From positions 12,090,520 to 12,154,519 of the forward strand of contig CM082578.2 of the NCBI GenBank assembly GCA_040954595.2: 64,000 bases of DNA, in the 5' to 3' direction. Under the pieces are notes generated by a model, which worked only from the letters and a program-made list of their open reading frames with translations, was not told the DNA's origin and did not search any database. Positions within the stretch are counted from its first letter, which is position 1. Each line of letters opens with the position of its first letter. The translations under genes and the position numbers were made by a program. Shown one piece after another: positions 26,084 through 39,166 of this stretch. The DNA comes from Balanoglossus misakiensis (taxonomy: Eukaryota > Animalia > Hemichordata).

Positions 26084-29000
26084 AACTAGCCTAACTTTCG
26101 AAAAGTCAGATTTGCATATCTGGGCTCCTGTGAATTGGTTAGCAAACTCCAACACTAATCTGGTAACAGTTAATCCGGAATGTTTATAACTGTACACACA
26201 ATTCTTAAAATATGTTACTTTTGATAAATTTACACATGTTTACGAATGTGACCCGGTAAAACTGTTTTAATAAAAAAATAATGCAAATTCTAATGGTTTG
26301 AAATATTGAAAAAAAGTAAAAATCACTCAAAATATGCAAAAAACCTACATCTCTACCTTAACAGTCTTTAACAGTTGGATATCCTTGCCAGTGCCTACTG
26401 AATGCTAGGATTTTACAGTAAGCGAAATGCATACCGGTGCCGGAATAATCTTATTGCGTTTTTTATATAATGATTTTTTATACTTCCACGATACTGGCAT
26501 CTACAAGTGTGTCAAACATTTAAACCTATACAATTTCCACTGTTACTCATGTAAGTCGTTGGCGTTTATACGCTCTACTGAGACTACTCAAAACAGCTGA
26601 TTGACATCGTCGCATTGACATTGGGATTGGCATTGGGGATTTAGCCTGGGATAAGCTTAGCCGTTGACAGCTGCGGAGATTTCCCCCCTCATCTAAGTCC
26701 CAATAATCTCTAGCTCCAGTATTAAAATTGCAGGCATGGTGTATACTGAACCATATTTCAGCTACTCATCTCAAGATTTTCAAGTACAGCATTCCATTCT
26801 CATGCAGTTTTTTTCTCGTTTGCCTCGAGTGTGTCCCCTCCATCAATCTCGTAAGTGTCTATCACTTGGTTTCGCTTCTTCTCGGGTTAAGTGTAGGTCA
26901 GGTCATGTGGGGGACGGCGTCGTCCCAACTGGATATCTTCAAGAGATTCATTGTAGCTTTAAGTATACGGAAGGTGAAGTAGACGAAATAAATTAGCTCC
27001 CCGGAGAATAAGCCATTTACAGAAACTAGAAACCTTAATTTCTCCACACTTCAGCAGTAAACAAGCCCTAAATCCTAGTTTAATTTGCCTTGCTGTTATG
27101 TCTCAGGATTCATTCATTCATTCATTCATTGCAATTTACGAACTGCCTCTTAAAAATCGCTCGCGATTTTGTTTTACATGTTAAGGACATTTGAACGGGG
27201 GTCATTCCTAACCCTGACCAGTCGAATTGTTCTTCAAATTTCTAAGAATGTTATGATTTTAATGGACCCCATCAACTAGTTTCCTTTCCTAATATTTATT
27301 CATAATTGCTTGTCTTTAACACCACCTGGTGTATTGTCATGTTTACTTTTCCAACTAGCATCACAGTCATGTTTGTTCCCTAAATAGCCGAGATTATAAT
27401 AAGTTGTTTTCCTTTCCCGACATGCTGTATTATTCATTCGGACATGCGCAGTCAGTCCTGATCGGAGATGCATGCTTTATTACGCATGTGCACAACCTGC
27501 AATTTTTCAAGAGCACCTCTTTAATTTCCATGAATAAAAATAAACCCTCAGCTTTTATAGTCGACAATTAAAAAGGGATACGTAGTCATTAAGTTCTGCC
27601 TGGTATTGATCAACCCGGCCCAATGAGTGGTCCTTGGGGAAACGACACTGACCTTGGCATACGCCAGCTCTGTCAAATCAAGCCTTAATACTCTGTTACA
27701 TTTCATCGCCCGTTGTGGTGATTGTTGATAATTTCGGCGGAGATACGGAGTCGCCGACAAAACCCAATCGCGTGTAAAAAATATCCCCCATAAGATTTGC
27801 AATCGCTTTGGTAAAACGCTCGGCCGTCTCTGGGATTAGCAAAATTGCGTCTGCTTCTAAGCTACCGAGCAAATCCACTAAAACGCGGCGCTTTTTAGTC
27901 CGGACTGATCGGAATATCTCAGAGAATAATTGGCCTCTTTCTGAATAATGGTGCTGCCGAAAACAGCCAGATATGATGCTAGGGTTCATGATTTAAAGGG
28001 TCGTAGCTTCGTTCGTTTTGTCAATATTATCACAAGGTCGAGATCATCGGCCAAAGTCGGCCCATTTTGGGAAAAGGAGGGATCAACACACCTGAGTCGA
28101 GTGTCTTTTCCACTGAAGAGTTTGTTAACCATTCGAGATAATTTGCCTTGAGATCAAAGTTATCAGATGCACGGCGGTCTGATATTTTCAATAAACAGTT
28201 CTCCAACGTACATGTAACCACCGCTGGTTTTTGTTGAAGTACCGGACATTCCTGAAATATCGCCGGTCGTTGGAGCTTAGTAGCGAGAATGCGAGAATCA
28301 CTCCTGTCGCCGAAGCACAATATTTGCAAAATTTCGAGCCGAGTTGGTGATCGAATGGAACTAATGTTCCCCTTGAGGAGCGCATTACCGAGCATTTACG
28401 GGCACAGCAAAGTGCCTCGCCGAATGAGCTGCGCCGCGGTTATGCCGTCAATTCGTGGCTTACCACCTGTCCTCCGACCCATAAACGGACTGCAGTGGCC
28501 CGTTCGCCGCCCGCTCCCCATGTTATATTAATCAAAATCGAACATAAGATGACATCACTTGATTTAATAGCGTCTGTTACATCTTCTCCGCCGCGCCGAG
28601 GCGAGGGAGAGCGCATGAAGCACAGCGCCTGCGGGTAAATGTTACCTGTACGCTCGGCGCAGCTGCCAACGCGCCCGGGCCTTCATCAAAGTTACGATCT
28701 GAATGGGTCGTTGGAGAGTACGACATGACTGCCACATTAAAGATTACAACCGAACTCGCAAACTTCCGTTAACAATAATCTCCTTTTCCGTGTTTGCGAA
28801 AGAAAAATTGCTGAACAGGAAACGTTTACCAGAGTATATACAGCGAGTGTGTCCATCGGGTGTGTGTGTTTTTCTCTTATTTATTCGCGGAAAAAGTAAT
28901 TGGTAATATTTTACCAAAAGAATACAATAACGAAAGTCACTGCTGAAATGATCAAAATCGAATGTGCAAACCATAGCTTTGTGCTCAAAACGCTTTGCTA

Positions 29001-32000
29001 GCCCCTAGCTGATACCACAAAGAAAGCAACGCAAGCCACGCACATCAAGTCCGTCGATTCAATGTTGACCGCCATTATGTCGGTCGCCAACCGTATCTCA
29101 CATCGGCCCAATCACTTAATCACCATAGTGCTGCCAGATCAGTGACGTAATCTCATCGATACCGCGAAGTTTCATCACTTTCACCGCGCTCTCATGAAAC
29201 GCGCTAATTTACATTATCGCTGGTTAGTTCCACGTGCTTGCGCAGGATTTACAGAAAATATTTTACCTGGAGTGATTTCATGAGTGAACGATTACGTATA
29301 CCGCACGTCACGTTATTACCATGGTTTGTATCGCTTCCCTCTGTTGTCACGGTGCCAGCAGTAAGTGGTATGTTGACTGCAGACAATTAACTTGCTGGCG
29401 ATTTTTTTCCCTTCGAAACGACCGATTAAGTTGGCCGAGCATAATGATTTTAAACCCTTTAGAAGGATGTATATGCTTCTGTGCGTACCAATGCAAAGTC
29501 GAACTCTCACCCACCGTTTATTAGATCAGACGCCCAAATCAATTGATCTCAAAACGCTAAAGCTTTCCACGCTAATATTAGGCCATTGACTTGTATATTA
29601 CGTACGCGTGTGTATACTAGTATACGCCACGTCAAAAACGGCGACCGGGCAAAAATCACAGCAGTCAGGTAGAATCAAAACCGACTGCTAAAATTGCCCA
29701 ATCGGACTTGTCACATTATTCCTCGGAACGTGCGAGAAGTGTTCACGACTCAATACCAGAGTCATCGGAGCAAAAACTGGGCCAGCCGATGAATTATTGC
29801 GGGCCTAAGCAGGATTGCCTCGCCTCGGTTCTTGTGCCCCTAAAATCAAAATCCCGCCTCCTTTGCACGGGCCGTCGGTTCGCATCGCAAGGAATGGGCG
29901 AATGTCAGCGATCTATTTATAAATGGGATCAAATTAAAGCGTTTTCAGCGAGAGTGGAGATACACAAAACTTATTTTAAGCTGATTCTCTCAGTGTATAT
30001 ACGTTTCCTCGCATTCGCGTAGAATGCTCTCTGACAGAAACTTGAATGCAGCCAGCCGAGCGAAATTGGATCATTGAGGATTCGTCCGCTGCTTTTCTTC
30101 GCGTAGTTTGGACCTACTTAAAGTTGCAAATGATGAGAGCCATGGCAAGCGTGAATTCAGGGCACACATTCCCATGAGCCTTTGTGGGACTCGTAATAAC
30201 TGGTGGCTTTTGATTTAGTACCTTACGATGGAGGGTTTATGGCGCGGATATTTATCGATTGTGTGGGCAATTAAGCAATGATCCGTGCAAAGAAACTATT
30301 TCACTGAAAAAAAATGATTGTGGCGAGGGAAGTGGTTCGTGTTCGTTGTCACGCCAATTGTTAGGGGCTATATTTTAAACTTCGCCACCTGCATGTTTGC
30401 GGACCGTGACTGTACCATAAACTACTCAACTGCACATTCTTGAAACCTAAAGAACAGAAAACTATTAGGTAAACTAACGGTCCAAGAATGTTTGCGACTA
30501 TAAAAATGGGGTTTGGTAATCCAGTAAGATCTTAAAGTCAGTGCCGCAAAATCACTCCGCAGAAAAGTACAGGTGTTGACATCTTTTTTTTTTTTAAATG
30601 ACCCACGATTGACGAAAGGGCATGCATCCTTTATCACCACACCACCGTAAATAAACTCTAAGTAATTGGCGTCTATTAGAAAAATTAAAATTTGAGAGCG
30701 AATTAATAAATAATAGCGTGTACAGATCAATATTTAACAGCTAATTTATTAAGTCAATGAAATTATTTACTAGAAATGATAATGGAGAAAGGAAATGTAT
30801 GATGAAGCATATATTTTCTTTAATAAATTCAAAATGAAATATTGATTACTTCTTGATAACTACAATTAATAAATGTGGAAGTACGATTGAGCGAATGGTT
30901 CCAATTAAAATAGTGATTAATTAAGGCACGTTTACATCAAATTTGTATTGATTTTTGGCCTTTCAAAATTATCATATAGCTAATTAGTACGATCATATTT
31001 TAATCTTTTAGGGTGATATTTCTGCTAAAAATGACACACATAATGAACTATGTGTGTATGCGTACGTAATTATGTGTGGGTGTGCGCAATGAACTCTGGG
31101 AACTATTTGATCCCTGTTGCGATGGCGCGGTCACTAAGCTGAAAAACAAGATGCCGCGTTGTATCCGTTAGATAGTTGTGGCCACCACCGGCATGGTGAG
31201 TCAGGGATGAACCTACCGAAACGGGGGAGAGCTCGCATATTTTCGAAAAAGTCAACGCCAGCACGGGAACGAACGAGAGATGTTCCAGATTTCCTGCTCT
31301 TGGTCGAACTTTGGTGTCGCTCTTCGCGTAACTCGTCCTCCCTTGCAAGCATTGGAATAAGATGGATAACGCGCCAAAAACCACTTACCAAATAAGTGTA
31401 AATTTTTGTAAGTGTAAATGTTCTCGCCGTGCTGTCAGCTCGCCTATATATTCCTAAAACGCGACGTTCACGTAAAAGTTAAATGTCGAGGATATACATA
31501 TTTAAAACTGTCATATATAACCTAAAATAAATTCACTCGCGCCACTTCCTTTGCAATTTGTATAAAGCATTATGTGAGAAATCTCATTGTATAATTCGGA
31601 TGATCCACTCCGGCACACCTTTCAGATATTCCAGTCCCCGCCCCCTCCGTGTATTTATTATGAACGTCGCCTTGACGGCGCATTTCAAGAAGTAATATCA
31701 CAATTCCCAATGATTTTCACACGCATACACACACGGCGACGTCATCAGCGCAGTTGCTAAGGCAATATTAATGCCAGGTTGTATTTGAGAATCGATTAAT
31801 AATGTAAAGTTCTTGTATGGCCCCGTAAATAACTTCTCATACTTCATTAAAATAATTGTAATTTCTGCAATAACACATGTCAGGGCTGCGCCAAATTCCC
31901 AGCCTTGTATATTCTTCCATTAGCGCGGACCTCCGACTTCACCCCACCAGTAAATCTACCCGCGCAACTTTCGCCCGTCAAATGCAATTCGCCGTCGATT

Positions 32001-32171
32001 TCCCTTAAATAATATAGGTGGCACGGTTCAACAAATTACCGTGACTCTAGGGGGTCATACTGGTATATTTCCTCCCGATGAAAATCTCCCCAGCCCATTC
32101 CAATGGTGCGCCGATAAACCGAGCAGCAGCATCAGTATATCGCGTCGTCGCACGAGTCGTCAGCTGCAGAA

Positions 32172-32245
32172 ATGGTGTCCTCCAATTATTACGGCGTCTT
32201 TACGATAGCTTTGCTGTCCGTGATGAATATCGAAGTTGACAGTCG
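32172..32245 (+). CDS. Cys-loop anion channel (GlyR-like) coding exon 1, signal peptide
   Basis: ATG in AAATGG context; MVSSNYYGVFTIALLSVMNIEVDS-R has a hydrophobic core and a V-x-S cleavage site. Donor CG|GTGAGT is phase 2 and matches the next exon. Confidence 0.8.
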
Positions 32246-35200
32246 GTGAGTAGACAAAAGTACTTGTCATCGCGTGGATTTTTTTTCTGCGGCAATCAAG
32301 TTTTTTTCCTCCGGAGGTAAAAACCGTCAACGTCTGTTCCGAGTTGCACATATATAACAGGACTGCGTGATACCCTTAGCTTGATTGTTTTTCTTAAAGC
32401 CATTTCACATAGGTGAACGGCAAATGTACAATTCTTGTGTTAGACTTCACGCCACCCAACTACATTTTCGTTTTATGATAGACTGTCTCGCATTTACCGT
32501 AATTGGCTTATTTAGATACAACTCTCGTTTTGCCGAGATTTGTTTTGTATAATTAACAACTTTAATACGTCTTGCCTCATTCGGTGCAGTTGTGAGTGAA
32601 AAGCATCTATGAACCAACAATCGCACACATTAAATTAATCGCGAACTCCCTAATAGTGAATTGGCACGAAGGGTTTATTACCGTTGACAAAAACACAATC
32701 AACAATCGCTTACGACAATAACGTTTTTTATACCGTTCTTTTTTATTTTACATATACGTCTGCTATATTCGTACTGCCATGCCTGTCTCTGGCCTTGCAA
32801 ATTCCGTTTAGGGTGTCTAGCCCTCGATTTCTGCAATGTCATCGCTGATTAAGCACAGCAAACGACCGTTCTAGTTATCCACTAACTCAAACCACACGCG
32901 GCCCGAATGCCTATACACCAGGTTACGCCAGTACTGTTGCCACACGTTTCCAAACAAACATGATTTCAATCAAGAGTGAAAACAAAGCGTGAGTTGCGAC
33001 GCGAGGCTTCGTCTTGGAAGGAAAATAAAATGTGTCATTCATAGCGGGGCGTGAATACGAGGCGGATAATTATCGTCGAAGAGAGCAGGTTGCACTCGTC
33101 CACCATAAACAGTGGGATAAATGAAGACTGTGTACGTAATACCCGAGTGTCTGAGAAGTATGTGTCAATACTTGCACATTGATTTAGCACTCTTAAGTCC
33201 CACTCATTTCTTTTATTTTTCCCTCACCTCTATTTCCGCGCGGTAGTTTTTCGATCTCATCGATATCTGGCTTTTCGGTTTCTGACTACGTAAGTGGCGT
33301 TTCTCTGTTCACTGTTTGATGTGTGATGCAGGAGAACTCCGTGAGCATTGTTGTAAAAATAATTCTTTTGAATTTATTTTTAAGTTTGTTTTGCCCGGCA
33401 TGCCGCCCTTGCCTGGAAGAACATTGCGCTTAGTACAGTTCGACGTCAACCTGACAAAAACACGCGGCATCTCAAGTTCAAACTTAACCAACCTATATTT
33501 GATTGCGTCAATTTACACGCTGTAATTTTCTATTCGCCGGAAATAGGGCGAACAGTTCTCGGGGAAATTATCTAATTCGCTTATAATCGGATTTGTTTCG
33601 CCAAAGGGTATAGAACTGTAATAGGGACGCAAAAGCAGGACGATTATCGTTGTCGTGGGTAAAAGGCGAGACGGCTGGGCCAGTGCAGAAATTTCTCGGC
33701 ATGAATTTTTTTTAGGTCAATTACTGCGAAAATTCAATTGCCTTCTTAAAGCAGCAGATGCAGCCGCGGGCATTTACTCTGTGCTATCGCCGCAATCCCC
33801 AAGTCTGCTTTAGCTCGCATGTTAGTTCGGTAATGAATATAGCTTAACGGTGGAGGCTAGTACTCGAGACGGTAATCGTTGACATGGCAGAAGAGATCTC
33901 ATTAAAACTTTATTATGTTGCGTACCTGGAGGAATACTTGAGAATCGAAGGAATCCGTGTTTCTTTCACAAGGATCAATTAGCATGTAATTGATGTGGAC
34001 TTAAGGGGGAAAAAGTGGTACTCGTTGAAACAAAATCCCCATACGGTTGTAACCATGCGTTTATTTTTATCAAGTCCCATAATGTGGACATCATGATAGG
34101 CTTTGTCGGTTTGACAAGCAGGGCCGTATTTAACAACAGGGTCAGTGTCGTGCGCCCAAATCTTGCAAGTTAGTACATATTTAATGATTAACATATGAGA
34201 TTTAACTACTTCATGGCCTACTCAATCTGACCGCTCTCTTTGTCAACAGGAACTCAATATATATTATGTGTTATTTTATCATCCAGAAGAGGATGTCTTC
34301 ATATTTCTGTGTGTGTTCGCCAAATGGCAAAGTTATCAGATTTGCCAAAATTAGAACGAATTCCCGTGCGTCCAATCTCATGTTATATAGCTTCGCCGTT
34401 TTTTTTATAAACCACTGAGAAATGACCAGGGGGAACGAACTTTAATAATACCTCCCTTAAAATGACATCGCTGAAATCTGACGAACATTTTTATTCCTCC
34501 GTCTCAAAGCCACCCTCGAAGATAACGCGGGGAATCTTCGAAGGAAAGTGCGTCAACCAGATTAAACGTTAATGTGAAAGGACCTAATACGTCGCAGTTT
34601 GCTCGATAAACTGACGTGGTACAGAAATAATAAACCCGCGCAAATGATGGAATCACCGTCCGCTGTCCACGCACGCAAGCAACCCTACGCGTTTCTTTGT
34701 CGCCGGCCGACCCGGGGGATTTAACCCCCTCAGAACAGCCTTGTCTAATAGCGCTGGCAAGAATCGTCAAGTAATCTATCTCAAATTAAATATCTGGCAG
34801 CGGACAAAGCCAGGTATTTTCCCCCTTCCCCGACAAAAAGCAGTCGCCATGGTAACCACTGAAGCCATTGTTGCACAGAAGCGGCGAGCCTGAAGGGCTG
34901 CGTCGATGAGCTTTTCTGCGGAGAATTTCGACAAACGGGAAAAAACAGATTACCGAAAAAAAACCACGTGGAGGAAATGTTTTGAGCTGAGCACCTTCCA
35001 ATTAAACAAGCTATCCCAGACAAGGTCACCAATGGAGCAGTCAAATTTCAAAATTTCAAAAGGGTGCCATCAATGTTTGAGCTGTCACAAACGATTCGGA
35101 GCAGGTCAATAACAGCTGCTGTGTGACGTGTTTAACGTTCTGCTAAACCCGGAATTCAAACACTCCAAGTCAAGAAAAAAAAGGATTTTAGATCTCTTTG

Positions 35201-37164
35201 TTGACGGCGATAAAAATTGTTCGATATTGGGGCATTTAAAATCCAATGCCATCTATGTAACTTCACAACATGGCCCTTTACCTCAAAGTCGATAACGTTC
35301 TCATTGAAGTGGATTCACGACGACGAGAAACCATTCCACATGACGACGTTGTTTCGTGTGGGTTTTTTTTTTTATCTCTAACACGTACACTGTTCACTTT
35401 AATTTAAAATAATAAGCATGAAAGGCTCTCAGCAAGGCCATTCCAAGTCATTTGTCCCTTCATTTAGTGCGAGCATCTCTATTCAGCCAAACGCTTCTTT
35501 CTTTCTGTCTGTCTTTTACTCGGTATACCTGTCTGGTGTTCATTCGCGCATTCACGACTCGGTCGAGTTCACTATTGTCTTTGGGAACCGTAGAACAGCA
35601 GCGCTGATTGCCCCCGTTAACGATAATTTGATGGCCACGTCCACGAAAAGAAAGTAAGAGTAAATCACGAATGAATGGACATTGGTGACATCAACCAGTG
35701 CAAATATGACTACAGGATAAACAAATTAATTAATGGTGTTTGCTCACGTGTGAGCGTCGGTAACAAGGGATGACCCATTAAGCATGTATAGACGGCGGCA
35801 GTTCATGTCATTCTGTCTGGAGAGTAATCTGATGGGCGTATACATTTATAACATATGCGTGTACTCATCCCTTGCGGACGAATATAGCATGCAAGTCGTA
35901 CTTGGTCGGACGGATCGACGCAAAGACTAGCCTGACCGCCGTGTGGATTTCGTGAAAATGCTGCGTCAGTTAGGGAGATGATGAACTGCGGCATACGTGT
36001 TTAATGTTCCGAGTGGAGCGAGCGACAGCGTTAATTAATTTTAAACGCTAAGAGACTTTCCGTGTTCTCAGGAAAAGCGGAGTCTTGTAGGTTGTGTGGT
36101 TCCTCATGATCTCTAGAGGCAAGCTTTCTCTCATTAACCAGAAAACAAATGGGAACAGAACGAATCTGGGATGAAAACATCAACTGTAATTTTGGACGCA
36201 GTAGATCAATTTGACATTAAATCTGGCGTGATGTCGTTTACGAGTTTGATGGAGAAGAAACAAAACGTAGGAGCTCTCAATTTAAGTGTCATTCTATGGG
36301 AAACTTCCGATGTGTTGTTATTCAGAAATCTCCATTTTCAACGTTGTGTTTTTCATGATATGTTATATTGATACACATTATACAACATGAGGTCTTTTTA
36401 GCGTGCATGTCAAAATGTCCTGATTCCGCGATTTTAGATAGACTTTCTTATTATATTAAATGGAATAATCCAACGTCTTAGTATTTTCTTCTCGTTTCCG
36501 TCTCCCCCCCCCTCCCTTGCGTGGAATCCATTTGTTTTAAAGAATATGCAAATCGAAGTGGGGTTCTCAGTTATCTCGCCGTTTTCTCTGACAGCGCGCG
36601 CACTAACTCCACACTCGTGTCACGTGGTAATCAATGATGTCTTTAAAAAGCACTGAGCGGCTGCATGCCAAGTGTCGCTTGTCGCCGAATCAGGAATCCG
36701 GGGGCACTTTCAGATCAACCGTTTTATTGTACATTAACAATGATTAATCACGAAATAGGGTGTGAGAGACGCTAATGCGGCTAAATGGAATCCTGTTAAT
36801 GAATTTCGAGGTTACAGAAATTGCGTTTTGAGCAATTTCATGTAATATTTCTACTGAATATGTGAACAGATTCCGAAAATTAAAATTTCAAGACGCGTGC
36901 GCAGTACATTTTGCGGCCAGACATTTCTGGTTTCGCAAAATAACAATATTGCGTGCATCAGTTAGTTGTTGTTATTGTTGTTGTTGTGTTGGTGGTGGTG
37001 TTGCTGTTGGTGGTGGTGTAAATAATAATATTTGACATATATATTTCAATTTGTCTTTGGTGTCTGTATGAAAAATAACGGTTGACCATAAAATGACACG
37101 GATTATCAAGGCTCTAACTCTGTCTGCACGACTGACAGACCTGTCATTTACCGTGTTCTTACAG

Positions 37165-37235
37165 ATATGGTGAATCGTTATATTCCTCAATGCGACAGGA
37201 AGACTATGACAAAGATCTGAGGCCTAATCACCAAG
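37165..37235 (+). CDS. Cys-loop anion channel exon 2
   Basis: ttcttacAG acceptor; YGESLYSSMRQEDYDKDLRPNHQG contains the YDxxxRP motif; donor AG|GTATGT. Confidence 0.9.
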
Positions 37236-39072
37236 GTATGTTCACATTTCATTTCTTCGTAAAACTGCGTCATATTTACGATGGGAGGCGGGGCTTCCAA
37301 GAAAGTTATGATTGCCCTTATACTAGTATAGGAAAGAAGATTTGTTATAACGCCATCTTGGAAATCGCACAGGATTGTGGGATATATAACCCCATTGTAA
37401 CCGCAGTGTTGGGGAACAAACTTTCTTTTGATCTTCCAGAACTGCGGTTACAAATTGAAATATATATCTCACAACACCATGCGATTTCCAAGATGGCGTA
37501 ATGAAAAACCTTCCCTATACAATTTTAGGGTGATGTATTTCATTTTGAGTATTATTTTAGTATATGTAAAAAGCTTATGCCATAATACTGGCAATATACA
37601 TTGCGGCCGCACTATGACACTTGCCACACAGTTTCCGTGATCGTATATCGTTCCAAATTCTATGCACTCGGCCTGTCAGATTTGCTGTCAGTAAGTGGGC
37701 TTGTGGCTGTCATAGGTAACAAATGAGTTTTATTACGTGTTGACTTAAGCGTAATCAAAAAAGGAGATACAAGGGGATTGCGATCCCCCGGGGGAACCTT
37801 GTAATCTAGTTGTCACTGTACGATCGTTGTGATTCAACCACCTTGTTGTCGTTGCAAGTAAATTCCTGTGCAAAATAGGGAGAGTGTAGCACTGGGAGCT
37901 GTGCTTTAAATTCATGGCACTTTATACCTGTGGAATCCGAATAATTACATGTACACAGTGCCCTATGTTCGCAGCGTCACCATATGATTGAAGCGACAGT
38001 TGTTTGCTATAGTTTCCTCAGCCAATATCAACTTAAGCAACAACCACAACAACAGTCAGATTACTACGTTTCTTGTAGCATGTAACCTATCATAGTGACA
38101 GAAAACGGAAGAGGGCGAGAGTGAGACAGGGACTTAATGGGACACGCGAGAAAATGTGTATCCGATAGTGTGGGCTGACATGACTTCTGACCTATAGCAG
38201 ATACTGTGTTTAAGTGTTCTATGAGAGAGCTAATGCACTCTGTCTTGTAAAGTAGAGAGACGTTTCTTGTCAATTAACAGGAAGAATGTCAACCTGGTTT
38301 TAACGGTTTGTACATCTGCATGGCTGTAACTGTCATAAAATAATCATATTTCTTCACGTTGTTCAATTAACCCTCACCCCCACCCAAGATGGGGTACTGA
38401 AAACCTCGGATGTGAAGTCTGGCTACATGTTCGTCTTACGTCACACTTGACGTCAGCACGGGTGCAGCGCCAGTCCCGTCTGCGTCAACCTGGCAGCGAC
38501 GCGCTCCGCTTCTGCGCCCCGCGGCGGCCGTCGTTTCCGACAGTTGCGCATCTCGTTTAATGGGATGGGTCGTTAGCGATAGTTCCGGGCGTACGGCAGT
38601 CTTGCAGGAGCCACGATTCGATCCGAAACGTCCACTTCACCGGAGACACTTTTTGCGTGCGCCGTACCCAGTTTCACTTATTAGCGTGTAACTGGAGAAT
38701 ATCAGGGGACAGAGCGAAAACCAATTAAAATGGTTATTTGCCATGGCAACAAAACAGATAACAACTGTCTGATCGAATCAGGATATATCATATATCAATA
38801 CAATAATGGTGCGAAGGGACAGCGCCCATTGCCGATCAGGCAGGAAATGCTGCCTATTGATTGTCATGCGGTGGGTTCAAGCCCGGCCAATTGCTGCGTA
38901 ATCATCTTACTAGACCTAAAATTTGCCTTTAGTCGCACTGAAAACCCCTCTCTTTTCTACATCCACATATAAAATTTAAAAGATACTGTTTCATGCAAAA
39001 GAAAATAATTGCACCGGCATTGCAGATAATCCGAGACTGGTATTCTCGCGATGAAATTACAACCATTTTATG

Positions 39073-39166
39073 TAACAACGAATGATGCATCTCATTAAAG
39101 ATATCAACTTATCAGTCTAAACTATCCATGATAACTTAGAGCCATCCTAGCATTTCCTGTAGTTAG
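39073..39166 (+). repeat. Dispersed repeat fragment, copy 2
   Basis: Matches 19323-19424. Confidence 0.8.

Larger units (their letters stand above)
23866..26357. mobile_element. Non-autonomous TTAA-target DNA transposon (Kolobok-like), 2.5 kb including nested MITE
   Basis: TTAA at 23862-65 and 26358-61. Termini GGTTGAGATGTA ... TACATCTCTACC are an 11/12 inverted match. Internal direct repeats; no transposase ORF. Confidence 0.6.

Noticed and set aside
27548-28531. Cluster of 65-121-aa ORFs as a pseudogene or transposase
   Set aside because: No recognisable domain motifs or consistent frame on either strand.
32208-32230. RE1/NRSE-like half-site in exon 1 (- strand CACGGACAGC)
   Set aside because: The left half does not match the consensus and the site lies in coding sequence.
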